Positions 30,578-39,350 of a stretch of DNA of 59,029 nt are shown here, piece by piece. The notes under the pieces are model-generated. The model worked only from the letters and a program-made list of their open reading frames with translations, searched no databases and was not told the origin of the DNA. The DNA lies in the NCBI GenBank assembly GCA_045863335.1, contig BTVY01000047.1, positions 1-59,029 on the forward strand, written 5' to 3'. The stretch is from Candidatus Hydrogenedentota bacterium (GTDB taxonomy: Bacteria > Hydrogenedentota > Hydrogenedentia > Hydrogenedentales > SLHB01). Both the position numbers and the translations under genes were made by a program. Every line of letters begins with the position of its first letter. Within the stretch, counting starts at the first letter, position 1.

Positions 30578-31477
30578 CTATTGGCCTTCTCGTAGCCGCT
30601 GAACCACGGCTGCAATCGCCTGAATGTGTTTGGGACCGGTGCCGCAACAACCACCGACGATGGACGCGCCGGCCTTCACCAGATCCGAGACCCGACTCGC
30701 CATCCCTTCCGGCGTCTCGGGATAACACACACTACCGTCATCCTTACGCTGAGGCATGCCGGCGTTGGGATGAACCAGGATCGGTACTTCCGGTGCGGCA
30801 GCCCGCAGGTCGCGAACGACCTCCACCATCTCCGCCGGCCCCAAGCTGCAATTGACGCCCAGAACGTCCGCGCCTTCCGCGAGCATCGCCTGGGCCATCT
30901 CCGCCACGGAAACCCCCATCATCGTGCGATACCCCGTGTCGGTTTTCATACTGAACGTGAACGAGCACACCAGTTCCAGTCCCGTGTTTTCCTTCACGGC
31001 GCGAGCGGCAATACCGGCCTCATCAAGCGCGGTCATCGTTTCCACGCTGCACGCGTCGGCGCCGCCCCGCTCCAGCGCGACCGCCTGTTCGGCGAAGGCC
31101 TCGAAAAGCTGATCCTCGCTCACATCGCCCATCATGAGAATCTTGCCCGTTGGACCTACTGAAGCCAGGACTAGCGCCCCCTCGCCCACCGCCTCCCGGG
31201 AAAGCCGCGCAGCCGCTTCGTTCAGTTCCGCGGCGCGCGATGCGAGTCCGTAGGGTTCCAGCGTGATACGCGTACCGCCGAAGCTGTTCGTCATTACGAT
31301 ATCCGCACCGGCTTCTGCGTAGCTCGCGGCGATATTCCGTACCACGTCCGGATGTTCCAGGTTCCACAGTTCGGGACATTCCCCCGCGCCCAGTCCCGCG
31401 GCGACCAGGAAGGTACCCCATCCCCCGTCGGACACGAGCAGCTTACGTTCACGAACAGCGCCTACAATTGACTTCAT
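30578..31477 (-). CDS. Homocysteine S-methyltransferase domain protein (MetH N-terminal-like)
   Basis: DGGWGT, TNSFGG, GVNC, PNAG and GGCCGT Zn ligands. Confidence 0.92.
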   Translation of the reverse strand: MKSIVGAVRERKLLVSDGGWGTFLVAAGLGAGECPELWNLEHPDVVRNIAASYAEAGADIVMTNSFGGTRITLEPYGLASRAAELNEAAARLSREAVGEGALVLASVGPTGKILMMGDVSEDQLFEAFAEQAVALERGGADACSVETMTALDEAGIAARAVKENTGLELVCSFTFSMKTDTGYRTMMGVSVAEMAQAMLAEGADVLGVNCSLGPAEMVEVVRDLRAAAPEVPILVHPNAGMPQRKDDGSVCYPETPEGMASRVSDLVKAGASIVGGCCGTGPKHIQAIAAVVQRLREGQ

Positions 31478-31495
31478 GAGTCTCCAGTCTTTTCG

Positions 31496-32188
31496 TCACG
31501 TGCGCCGACGAAAACAGGTTTCCAGCGTGCAAATGCTGCATGCCGTCGTTACGCGTTCACACTCGGTACCAATCCCCAGAACGCCGCTGACAGACTTGAC
31601 CGGCAACATCAACGCACTGTCGGTGAGACGAATGCCGCAGAAACTCTCCGGCAAGAGTGAAAACAGCGCGTGCTGCTCGCTCACATCCCAGTCGCAGAAT
31701 CCAGGGCTGAACCGGCTGGTGGTATACAGGCTCGATTCGATGGCCCGATCGATAATCCGCTCTTCCAGCCAGTTCGCGGCGCCTTCCACCGCCTCGGAGC
31801 CAATCGTATCCGCCACGTAACCCCGCATCGGATCGCCGCTGTCGAAGTAGTTCTTGATCCAATGGTCCATACCCAGTCCCGCTGTGGCAGCGAAAACGAC
31901 GATGGATTCGGATACGTCCAAAAGGCTGGCAATGCGCCGTCCCGTCGCGAACGGCACCCCTTCCAGCGTAATCCCGTCGACGGCAAGCTCAACCATCGCC
32001 GGCGAAATCGTTCGTGCGCCGACGCGGCCCTCGCTGTGGGCTGGCGCTTCAAACAGCAACTCTTCGATGATCTCGGGAAGCGGATCGGGCGCGCTCCCCA
32101 TCGGGTACCCCATCGCCCATTCGATATGCGCGGGTGTCAACCCCATCAACGCAAATTCGACCGCATACTCCTCGATTTCGCCGGCCAT
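31496..32188 (-). CDS. B12-dependent methionine synthase activation-domain protein
   Basis: FAATAG, RFSPGFCDW, MLPVKSVSG and C-terminal CSICTLETC. Confidence 0.85.
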   Translation of the reverse strand: MAGEIEEYAVEFALMGLTPAHIEWAMGYPMGSAPDPLPEIIEELLFEAPAHSEGRVGARTISPAMVELAVDGITLEGVPFATGRRIASLLDVSESIVVFAATAGLGMDHWIKNYFDSGDPMRGYVADTIGSEAVEGAANWLEERIIDRAIESSLYTTSRFSPGFCDWDVSEQHALFSLLPESFCGIRLTDSALMLPVKSVSGVLGIGTECERVTTACSICTLETCFRRRT

Positions 32189-32222
32189 AGCTGCCCCCGC
32201 TACGCCCCCGTTTCGTTCGCCG

Positions 32223-32891
32223 TCACGCCACCGCTGCGACCAGATAGTCCAACGCCCCTTGCGGGTCGGGCGCGTAGGCGTCCGCGCCAATCTTCTTCGC
32301 GAACTCGTCGGTCAACGGCGCTCCGCCGACGATAATCTTGGTGTCCGGGAATTCCGCGCGAACGGCCGTAACAATCTTCTCCATATTGACCATCGTAGTC
32401 GTCAGCAGGGCGCTCAGGCCGATCGCGCTGTTTGGGTGTGCGCGCAACGCATCAAGAAACTTCTCAGCGCTTACATCGACCCCAAGATCGACCACCTGCC
32501 AACCGCCGCCTTCCATCACCATGCTGACGAGATTCTTGCCGATGTCGTGCAGATCCCCCTGAACCGTTCCGATGATGAAGGTGCCGCGGTGCTTGGCCTT
32601 TCCGGACTCAAAGAACGGCCGGAGATGGGCCATCGACGCCTGCATGGCCTTCGCGGCCATCAATAGATCGGGGACGAACACCTTGTTCTCGCTGAACTTC
32701 TTGCCGATGGTATTCATCCCCACGACAAGCCCTTTGGCGAGCACATCGTTCGGGTCGATCTCCATGTCCAGCGCCGCTTTGGTCAACTCATCCGCACCGT
32801 CCTGCCCCTTTAGGTCCGGCGGATACGGAGAAGCCGCGTTGACCTTGCCGCGTTCAATGCACATTGCGATTCGTTCCAGAATCTCGTCCAT
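32223..32891 (-). CDS. Corrinoid (cobalamin-binding) protein
   Basis: GTVQGDLHDIGKN (DxHxxG), DLGVDV, LSALLTTT, IVGGAP. Confidence 0.93.
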   Translation of the reverse strand: MDEILERIAMCIERGKVNAASPYPPDLKGQDGADELTKAALDMEIDPNDVLAKGLVVGMNTIGKKFSENKVFVPDLLMAAKAMQASMAHLRPFFESGKAKHRGTFIIGTVQGDLHDIGKNLVSMVMEGGGWQVVDLGVDVSAEKFLDALRAHPNSAIGLSALLTTTMVNMEKIVTAVRAEFPDTKIIVGGAPLTDEFAKKIGADAYAPDPQGALDYLVAAVA

Positions 32892-33014
32892 AACGTCTCC
32901 CTCTCTTTTCCAGAAACTCGTGACGTTCTAGTATCGTCCCAATTCCGCCCCACGGTCAACTAGAAAACGGCGCGGCGCTTCAGAACCGTGCCCGGTGGCT
33001 TCGTCGTACATTTC

Positions 33015-34181
33015 TCAATACTTCGGCTTTCCGCCGACGCGCAAGACGGCGCGCTTGCGATCCAGATAGTATTTGTACAAGTCCAGCGGCACATCTGCCG
33101 GAACCCGATGATCGACGCCGGGAATGAAGCCTCCTTGCTCCACATAAGGCCTAAGCCGTTCGAGTTCCGTGTCGATGGCCTCGCGAGAATGCGCCAGCTT
33201 GCGCTTGCAAAATCCGCCCCAGAGCCGAATGCGTTTACCGTAAATGTCGCGCAATAGGCAAGGATCGGATCCCGCATGGACTTCGATCGGGAACATGGTG
33301 TTCAGGCCGTTGTCAAGAAAGGTATCGACTATCGGAAGGATATTGCCGTCCGTGTCGGTGGTGTAGACATGGCACCCGTGCTCGATCAGCAAGTCCGAGA
33401 TACGACGATACCACGGCCCCACCACGCGCCTGAAAAAATCGGGCGGGATGATAGGCCCCATGTTGAAACATATGTCTTCCCAACCCATGCAGAAGTCCAC
33501 CCGCGCCCGTGAAAGGACGCGTTCTAATACGGCCAAGGTTGCCTCGCCAAATGTGTCCACCACGTCGGCCAGGAAATCGGGGTCCTCATAGGCCAACGTT
33601 GCGATTCGCTCAAAACCAATCAAGTTGCGCGCCACGCCGATCATGCTGCCACCGTACACACCGATAGGCGCACCGGAATCCGCGAGCGAATTCAGCGATG
33701 TCTCGAAATCCTCCCAACGCCGGAAGTCATCCGGATCAAGGGCTGCCCGGTACGGCTCCCAGGTTCTTCGATCCTTGACTGGAAACTCGAGATAATGGGG
33801 TATCGACTTGTCGCCCTGCTTGTTGACTCGCGCCACCCAACCCAATTCGTCGCGATAGGTCTCGTACTCGTCCGTCTCCTCGATCACCGTTCGTTCATAA
33901 AGCCGAAGGGGATTGGAGGTAACGTTCAGAACTGGCCAAGGCTCGATACCGAAGTAGTCGTACGCGGAAGCTTCGTCAACGACGGACTCAGGAAGCCCCT
34001 GCTCGTGCCACACGCTCAGCGTCCGCGCCCAGTACCCAAACTCGTAGTTCGGTATCACGTCGACGGGTTCAAAGGCCATGGTCCTGCGAAAGCGGTCCCG
34101 TAGCGTCTGTCCCCGTTGCGCGATGGGTAAAATGCGGGCCGGCGCTTGCCCGAGCATGACGCCAATTTCGTCGTAATCCAT
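33015..34181 (-). CDS. Uroporphyrinogen decarboxylase-family (MtaA/CmuA-like) protein
   Basis: WEDICFNMGP, DTDGN, GGFIPGVDHRVP; start set at MDYDEI. Confidence 0.82.
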   Translation of the reverse strand: MDYDEIGVMLGQAPARILPIAQRGQTLRDRFRRTMAFEPVDVIPNYEFGYWARTLSVWHEQGLPESVVDEASAYDYFGIEPWPVLNVTSNPLRLYERTVIEETDEYETYRDELGWVARVNKQGDKSIPHYLEFPVKDRRTWEPYRAALDPDDFRRWEDFETSLNSLADSGAPIGVYGGSMIGVARNLIGFERIATLAYEDPDFLADVVDTFGEATLAVLERVLSRARVDFCMGWEDICFNMGPIIPPDFFRRVVGPWYRRISDLLIEHGCHVYTTDTDGNILPIVDTFLDNGLNTMFPIEVHAGSDPCLLRDIYGKRIRLWGGFCKRKLAHSREAIDTELERLRPYVEQGGFIPGVDHRVPADVPLDLYKYYLDRKRAVLRVGGKPKY

Positions 34182-34276
34182 GGTGTTCCCCCATGAAAAT
34201 AATAGCATGTCCGAACCGCGCGATTCCTGTTTTGTGCCGGTGCTATACTGGCAGCCGTTATACGGGGGAAATCGTG

Positions 34277-35281
34277 ATGACATCTCGCGAGCGCATCTTG
34301 CATTGCATGGCGTTTGAAGGCACGGATCGCGTACCGCGCGACCTCTGGTGGCTTCCGGGAATCGAAATGGCGCGGGCCACCGAATTGAGGGCGATGCAGC
34401 ACGCGTACCCCTCGGATTTCGCACGTCCCACTCCCTCCTACGGGCCGTCAAAGCGGAAACAAGGTTCCCCCTCCGAGATCGGCAGTTACACCGACGAATG
34501 GGGCTGCGAATGGTCTGTCGCGGAAATGGGAGTATGCGGCGAGGTCAAGAATTCGCCTCTGGCGGACTGGGCCGCCCTCGGACACTTCGAACCTCCATGG
34601 GAGATCCTCGACCAGAGCGATTTCTCCAGCGTAAACGCCTTCTGCCGCTCCTCGGACCGGTTTCTTCGCGTCGGCACCGAGGTCCGACCCTTCGAGCGGA
34701 TGCAGTTCCTGCGCGGGACGGAGAATCTGCTTATCGACATCATTACACAGCCACCGGAACTCGTCGAACTTCGGGACAGATTGCACGCTTTCTTTCTACG
34801 CGAATTGGAGCTGTGGGGCAAGACGGAGGTCGACGGTGTCCAGTTCATGGATGACTGGGGATCCCAGACCGGTCTGCTCATCGACCCGGCACTGTGGCGG
34901 AGTTTCTTCAAACCAATGTACCGCGAGTATTGCGAGGTGATTCACTCGTCAGGAAAACGAGTGTTCTTCCACTCTGACGGCCACATCCGGGAGATCATCC
35001 CCGACCTCATCGAGATCGGCGTGGACGCGCTGAACTGCCAGCTCTTCTGCATGGACATCGAAGAAATCGGCGCACAGTTTCGGGGGAAGATCACGTTCTG
35101 GGGCGAGATCTGCCGCCAGCACATCCTCCCCTTCGGCACGGTGGACGACGTACGCGCTGCCGTCCGCCGCGTACGCGCGGCACTCGACAAGGGTACCGGC
35201 GGCGTAATCGCCCAATGCGAATGGGGCAACCGCGACCCCCGGGAGAATATCGAAGCGGTCTTCGAAACCTGGCTCGAGTGA
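34277..35281 (+). CDS. Uroporphyrinogen decarboxylase-family methyltransferase-like protein
   Basis: MTSRER, DEWG, FLRG.EN, MDDWGSQ, FHSDG. Confidence 0.85.
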   Translation: MTSRERILHCMAFEGTDRVPRDLWWLPGIEMARATELRAMQHAYPSDFARPTPSYGPSKRKQGSPSEIGSYTDEWGCEWSVAEMGVCGEVKNSPLADWAALGHFEPPWEILDQSDFSSVNAFCRSSDRFLRVGTEVRPFERMQFLRGTENLLIDIITQPPELVELRDRLHAFFLRELELWGKTEVDGVQFMDDWGSQTGLLIDPALWRSFFKPMYREYCEVIHSSGKRVFFHSDGHIREIIPDLIEIGVDALNCQLFCMDIEEIGAQFRGKITFWGEICRQHILPFGTVDDVRAAVRRVRAALDKGTGGVIAQCEWGNRDPRENIEAVFETWLE

Positions 35282-35323
35282 CGTATGCAAGCGAACAATG
35301 CTTCGGCAGTCTTTGGAAGGGAC

Positions 35324-35468
35324 AAGCACGAAATCCGAAACAAATCCAAAATTCGAAAAGGGGAAAACGGTCCAACCCATGTTTATCGCTGGTCTCTATG
35401 AATTGGAGTCAAAACACCAAGCGTGATCATCAGGTGGGACGCTTCTTCGTTTTGAATTTCGGATTTTC
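35324..35468. repeat. Second copy of the heptamer-rich REP-like element
   Basis: AAGCACGAAATCCGAAACAAAT, a 22-bp match to 7011-7032; right arm TTTGAATTTCGGATTT. Confidence 0.7.
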
Positions 35469-35532
35469 AACACGCCCTTCACTACGTACTTAAGTCAACC
35501 TCCGGGCCGAGCACCGGAACCAACGACAACCC

Positions 35533-35580
35533 AAAAATAGAAAACCCCGGCGTCTCTCCCCCGAAAGTCGCCGGGATTTT
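35533..35580 (-). terminator. Intrinsic terminator
   Basis: Minus strand CCCGGCG...CGCCGGG followed by GTTTTCTATTTTT. Confidence 0.7.
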
Positions 35581-35632
35581 CTTCCCCCCAGAGGAATCTT
35601 GTTCCCCTTAGCTTGGTGAGGGATGTCTCCCC

Positions 35633-35797
35633 TCATCCAAAGACTGGTGTCGATATATCCAAAACGGGAGGAACGGCCAGCACAAGACTCCCAATCATCG
35701 GTCTTAGCTGCAAGGCTGTCCTGGTGACAAAGGTGGGATGTGAAGGCTTGGGTTGGTCGAAAAGGTCTGTCAGATCTGTCAGGTAGGTGTTGTTCAT
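35633..35797 (-). CDS. Possible 54-aa small protein
   Basis: MNNTYLTDL...; its ATG overlaps the stop of the response regulator (ATGA). Confidence 0.4.
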   Translation of the reverse strand: MNNTYLTDLTDLFDQPKPSHPTFVTRTALQLRPMIGSLVLAVPPVLDISTPVFG

Positions 35798-36213
35798 CGC
35801 TCTGACTCGCTTTTCTCGCCCTGGGCCGTACATTCCTCCCGTTCATGGCTGTGGTTGTCCGGTAACAATGTGTGTACCAGATGGAGCAGGTTCTCTCCGT
35901 CGACCGGCTTGGCTACGTAGCGATAACTCTCGCTGTCTTCCGGTCCCCTTCCTGCAAAGACAATCCCCGCGCCGGACATTGCTATCACTGGCAGATTCGG
36001 GAACTCGTCATGCAGGATGGACATGGTCTCCGTGCCTTCCTGCTCCGGCATCATGATGTCGGTGATGACCAGGTCTGGACGTTCATGGCGGCAAATATCC
36101 AAGCCGTCTCGGCCATTCTCTGCGTCCCAGACTTCGTGACCATCTTGCTCCAGAATCAAACGAAACGTTAAACGGAGGACCGGTTCGTCGTCGATTACTA
36201 CGATTCGCGACAT
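35794..36213 (-). CDS. Stand-alone response regulator receiver (CheY-like)
   Basis: IVVIDDE, DLVITDIMMP, AMSG, KP; GGGAGG RBS. Confidence 0.9.
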   Translation of the reverse strand: MSRIVVIDDEPVLRLTFRLILEQDGHEVWDAENGRDGLDICRHERPDLVITDIMMPEQEGTETMSILHDEFPNLPVIAMSGAGIVFAGRGPEDSESYRYVAKPVDGENLLHLVHTLLPDNHSHEREECTAQGEKSESER

Positions 36214-36370
36214 CGTCCGCCTCCCTGTTCCGGTTGAGTCCCCCCGTGGAGCCTCTGGTCTAATTCCCCCGTATGAGCCGGGCACTAGTACCAAATCCCC
36301 TCCCGAGGACCGTTCTTGGAGTAACCGTCAGGACCATCCAGACCCTGCTGGTCATCACGGCTCTGTATAG

Positions 36371-36386
36371 AGCACGTTTCGTGCCA
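36371..36386 (-). promoter_or_regulatory. Sigma54 promoter
   Basis: Minus strand TGGCACGAAACGTGCT (GG-N10-GC). Confidence 0.7.
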
Positions 36387-36523
36387 GTTTTCTCGAAACG
36401 TCGTCAGGAACACACAAACCCTTTATTTACAATGCAAAGAGTGGCGGAAAATGCAAAGTCGTATCCCAAATACGCTGTACTTGCCTGCTCGTGAGGACAC
36501 CTGTGCCCATGACAAACCTGTAC

Positions 36524-36650
36524 TGATTGCGGATTTCGGACTGCGGATTGCGGATTGACGGCACGGGAATCCGCCACGCTCGCCCTCTCTCGACCAATCT
36601 TCCAATCTTCCAATCCCCAATCTTCCAAACCCCCATACCCCATACCCCAC
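36524..36650. repeat. Three adjacent short tandem repeats
   Basis: GGATTGC-type x4-5, CCAATCTT-type x4 and CCCCATA x2-3. Confidence 0.75.
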
Positions 36651-36655
36651 ACCCC

Positions 36656-36705
36656 TTGACATACCTTGAGGTTCATGGTAGTTTATACCTTGAACTCCAA
36701 AGTAG
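36656..36705 (+). promoter_or_regulatory. Sigma70 promoter with two putative PadR operators
   Basis: TTGACA, 17 nt, TAGTTT; ATACCTTGA occurs twice, each starting an imperfect TAC-N13-GTA palindrome. Confidence 0.65.
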
Positions 36706-36716
36706 AGGGCTTGCCC

Positions 36717-37052
36717 ATGAAACTCGACAAGGAACTCGTTGGCGCCAGCACAAGCCTGCTGGTGCTCTCCGTATTGGCCAAGGAAGCCACCTACGGATAC
36801 CGCCTCATCAAGGCCATCAACCGCGAAGCCGACGGCCTCTTCGAATGGCAGGAAGGCACCGTCTACCCCATCTTGCACAAGCTGGAAAAACACGGACTCG
36901 TCCGCGCCCAATGGCAAACGGCGGACACGGGCCGGCGGCGCAAGTACTACTACATCACCGCCGGCGGCCGCGAAGCCCTCGGCCAGGGTGTCGAACAATG
37001 GCAACGCTGGCACGGCATGGTCATGAAACTCGGGGAAGCGCACAATGGATAA
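36717..37052 (+). CDS. PadR family transcriptional regulator
   Basis: YGYRLIK, EGTVYPILHKLE, RRKYYYIT..G. Confidence 0.93.
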   Translation: MKLDKELVGASTSLLVLSVLAKEATYGYRLIKAINREADGLFEWQEGTVYPILHKLEKHGLVRAQWQTADTGRRRKYYYITAGGREALGQGVEQWQRWHGMVMKLGEAHNG

Positions 37053-37941
37053 GCCACTGAACTCAGATACCATCGCGGCATTGCGAGAACTGGCACGCGA
37101 GGTTGGCGATTTGCGCGGTCTCGATGAAGACGCACTGGAAGAGCTGTACGGCCACCTCGAAGACAAGACGCTCGGCTACCTCTCGGGCGAAGAAGGGCTG
37201 TCCGAAGCAGACGCGGTGCTGTTGACACGGGAACATTTCGGCATGTCCGGTACGATGGCCAGTATGGAGGTACCGGTTCGATCCGGCGCTTTTGCGCGGC
37301 GACTGGCAGCGATTGCAGTGTACGACCTGGTCCTCGGCATGGTGCTAATTTCCGCGACCATCGCGGTCTCTCTTACAGTATTCCCGTACCTCGACGCGAC
37401 TCCCCCCGGAGTTCGCACTGTAATCGACTGGGCGTCGATCTGGCGTCTTCTGCTTCCGAGCGCGATTCTGATCTTGCCGCTTGTCGCGTGGGGCGTCATT
37501 CGGCTATGTAAACGAAAACAATCGGCCAGACGCCAAGTCTGGTACTTGCGATGGAATCCATATTTGATCGCAGCAGTACTCGTTGTCTTGCTCACAGTCC
37601 GAAAAATCCAGCATGCGGATCCCTTGGGTTCCATGCGAGTAGTCCTCGATTCGCACAAGCTCCCCGCCGGGTTCTTCATTATCGGCCTGGCGATGTCGCT
37701 GGTGCCGGTCATCTGGGCCTGCGTGTGGATGCATTGGGTCGCGCGCACCAATCGCAGCACCAGCAGTCTGATCGCTGGCGCGGTGATATGGTTTCTAATA
37801 CGGATGGTGTCCGGCCGGTTCCCTGACTTATTGCTTAACCTCCCCCTTATCGTGACCGTGACCATTATTTTTGTGCTAGCCAACCGGCTCCCGACGCGAA
37901 ATCGCGGGTTCGAGCGAGGTGTACCATGGATAAGCGATTAA
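37045..37941 (+). CDS. Membrane protein with permease-prefix/HAAS-like N-terminal domain
   Basis: EELYGHLED...EADA...HFG, then several TM helices; coupled to padR. Confidence 0.72.
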   Translation: MDKPLNSDTIAALRELAREVGDLRGLDEDALEELYGHLEDKTLGYLSGEEGLSEADAVLLTREHFGMSGTMASMEVPVRSGAFARRLAAIAVYDLVLGMVLISATIAVSLTVFPYLDATPPGVRTVIDWASIWRLLLPSAILILPLVAWGVIRLCKRKQSARRQVWYLRWNPYLIAAVLVVLLTVRKIQHADPLGSMRVVLDSHKLPAGFFIIGLAMSLVPVIWACVWMHWVARTNRSTSSLIAGAVIWFLIRMVSGRFPDLLLNLPLIVTVTIIFVLANRLPTRNRGFERGVPWISD

Positions 37942-39014
37942 GTTCCGAATCTGAAGCCGCACTACATATATTGGCCCGCGAGATTGGCCGGAGACGACGG
38001 CTGGACAACGAGGCCGTAGAAGAGCTGTACGGCCATCTCGAGGACAAGACCCTCGGCTACTTGTCGGGAGAGGAAAACCTCTCCGAAGCCGACGCCGTGT
38101 TACTCACGCGAGAGCACTTCGGGGACCCAGGGGAGTTTCCGGAACCCAAAGCCAAACCTGCGCGATTCCAAAGCCCGGTCAGTCTCCCGAGGCGGCTTGC
38201 GGCCCTGGCTGTACTGACGTTGGCTGTGGGCATCGCACTTTCGGCGGTAAAGCTTCTCATCGCCCTTGGCCTGCAAGCATCGGTATCCGTCGCCTTATTT
38301 GACGGACGCAATCTCCCAACGATCTCGGTTCGGCTCGCCTTGTATGCGGCCGTGATCTTCCTTTTATTGCGCATGTGGCTGGCCCGCGAACGACGCGGTG
38401 CGCGCCTGTGGTACCAGGACTGCCAACCATCGTGGTTTGCGTGGATGATTCCCGCGATGATCGCGCTTCGCTGGTGCATTCCGGATGTTCACGTCGATTC
38501 TGCTGCGTTCGCTGCATATCAAGAGGCATTCCTGTACTCCGCCCTCCATATGCCGCGATCGCTGTACATGACCTTTCTTGGATTGCTCGTCGTAATGGCG
38601 GTGCTTCCATCCGTGCTTTGGGTGTGGTGGGCCGACCGAAACATGTACTGTGTCAAGACGGTCGCAACGGCTGTGCTGGCGTGGGTTGGACTCAGCGCGG
38701 TCACGGCTGCAATCACGTTTGTGCCGTCGATGATGTGTGGTTACCCGATCTACTTGATCGGCGATACGGAGAGCGCATTTACATTTTTGACGTCTGCCAC
38801 GAGCGGCGCGGCCCTCGACGACGCGCTGAAAGATACCTCCCAAGGTGGTTTCGCGGCGACGGCGCTGGCCTTGCGCGCCGAGGGATACAAGCTCATCGCG
38901 GGCGGGTTCTATGCCTGTGTGGCGGCGCTGTTTTACCTGGTCGCCGGTGCGGGCAGTCGTATCTTGCGGCGTTACGGGGGGACCATGATCCACGTGCGGC
39001 CTGCGGCGCGTTGA
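37926..39014 (+). CDS. Paralogous membrane protein with permease-prefix/HAAS-like domain
   Basis: Same N-terminal domain with a divergent TM region. Confidence 0.72.
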   Translation: MDKRLSSESEAALHILAREIGRRRRLDNEAVEELYGHLEDKTLGYLSGEENLSEADAVLLTREHFGDPGEFPEPKAKPARFQSPVSLPRRLAALAVLTLAVGIALSAVKLLIALGLQASVSVALFDGRNLPTISVRLALYAAVIFLLLRMWLARERRGARLWYQDCQPSWFAWMIPAMIALRWCIPDVHVDSAAFAAYQEAFLYSALHMPRSLYMTFLGLLVVMAVLPSVLWVWWADRNMYCVKTVATAVLAWVGLSAVTAAITFVPSMMCGYPIYLIGDTESAFTFLTSATSGAALDDALKDTSQGGFAATALALRAEGYKLIAGGFYACVAALFYLVAGAGSRILRRYGGTMIHVRPAAR

Positions 39015-39044
39015 AAGACGGGAGTCGCGCGAGCGTGACTGCTC

Positions 39045-39274
39045 GTTAAGAATAGCGTGGGCTTTTGGAGGCAGGATGCCTCGCTGACGCCACGGACTTC
39101 GATTCGGAGCGCCGGGCCCACGGGCTGGGAAGCCCGTGCCACCTCGCACGATCCATTTTCGGGCTTTGGCAAGTTGAGAATAGTGTGGACTTTCGGAGGC
39201 AGGATGCCTCTCTGAAGTCACGGACTTCGATTCGGAGCGCCTGGCTCACGGGCTGGGAAGCCCGTGCCACCTCG
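39045..39274. repeat. Two copies of an about 100-bp unit (period 128) containing a REP palindrome
   Basis: Both units end CACGGGCTGGGAAGCCCGTGCCACCTCG. Confidence 0.85.
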
Positions 39275-39350
39275 GGGACTTGCGCAGTGGATCTGACGGA
39301 TCGGTCTAATCGATTCCGTTTCACCTGTGGACCGCGGCATCGGCCCAGAC

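Noticed and set aside
34182-34276. Cobalamin riboswitch for the corrinoid cluster
   Set aside because: The intergenic gap is only about 95 bp and lacks B12-box motifs.
39045-39274. CRISPR repeat-spacer pattern
   Set aside because: Only two units of about 100 bp; this is a tandem duplication of a REP-containing segment.
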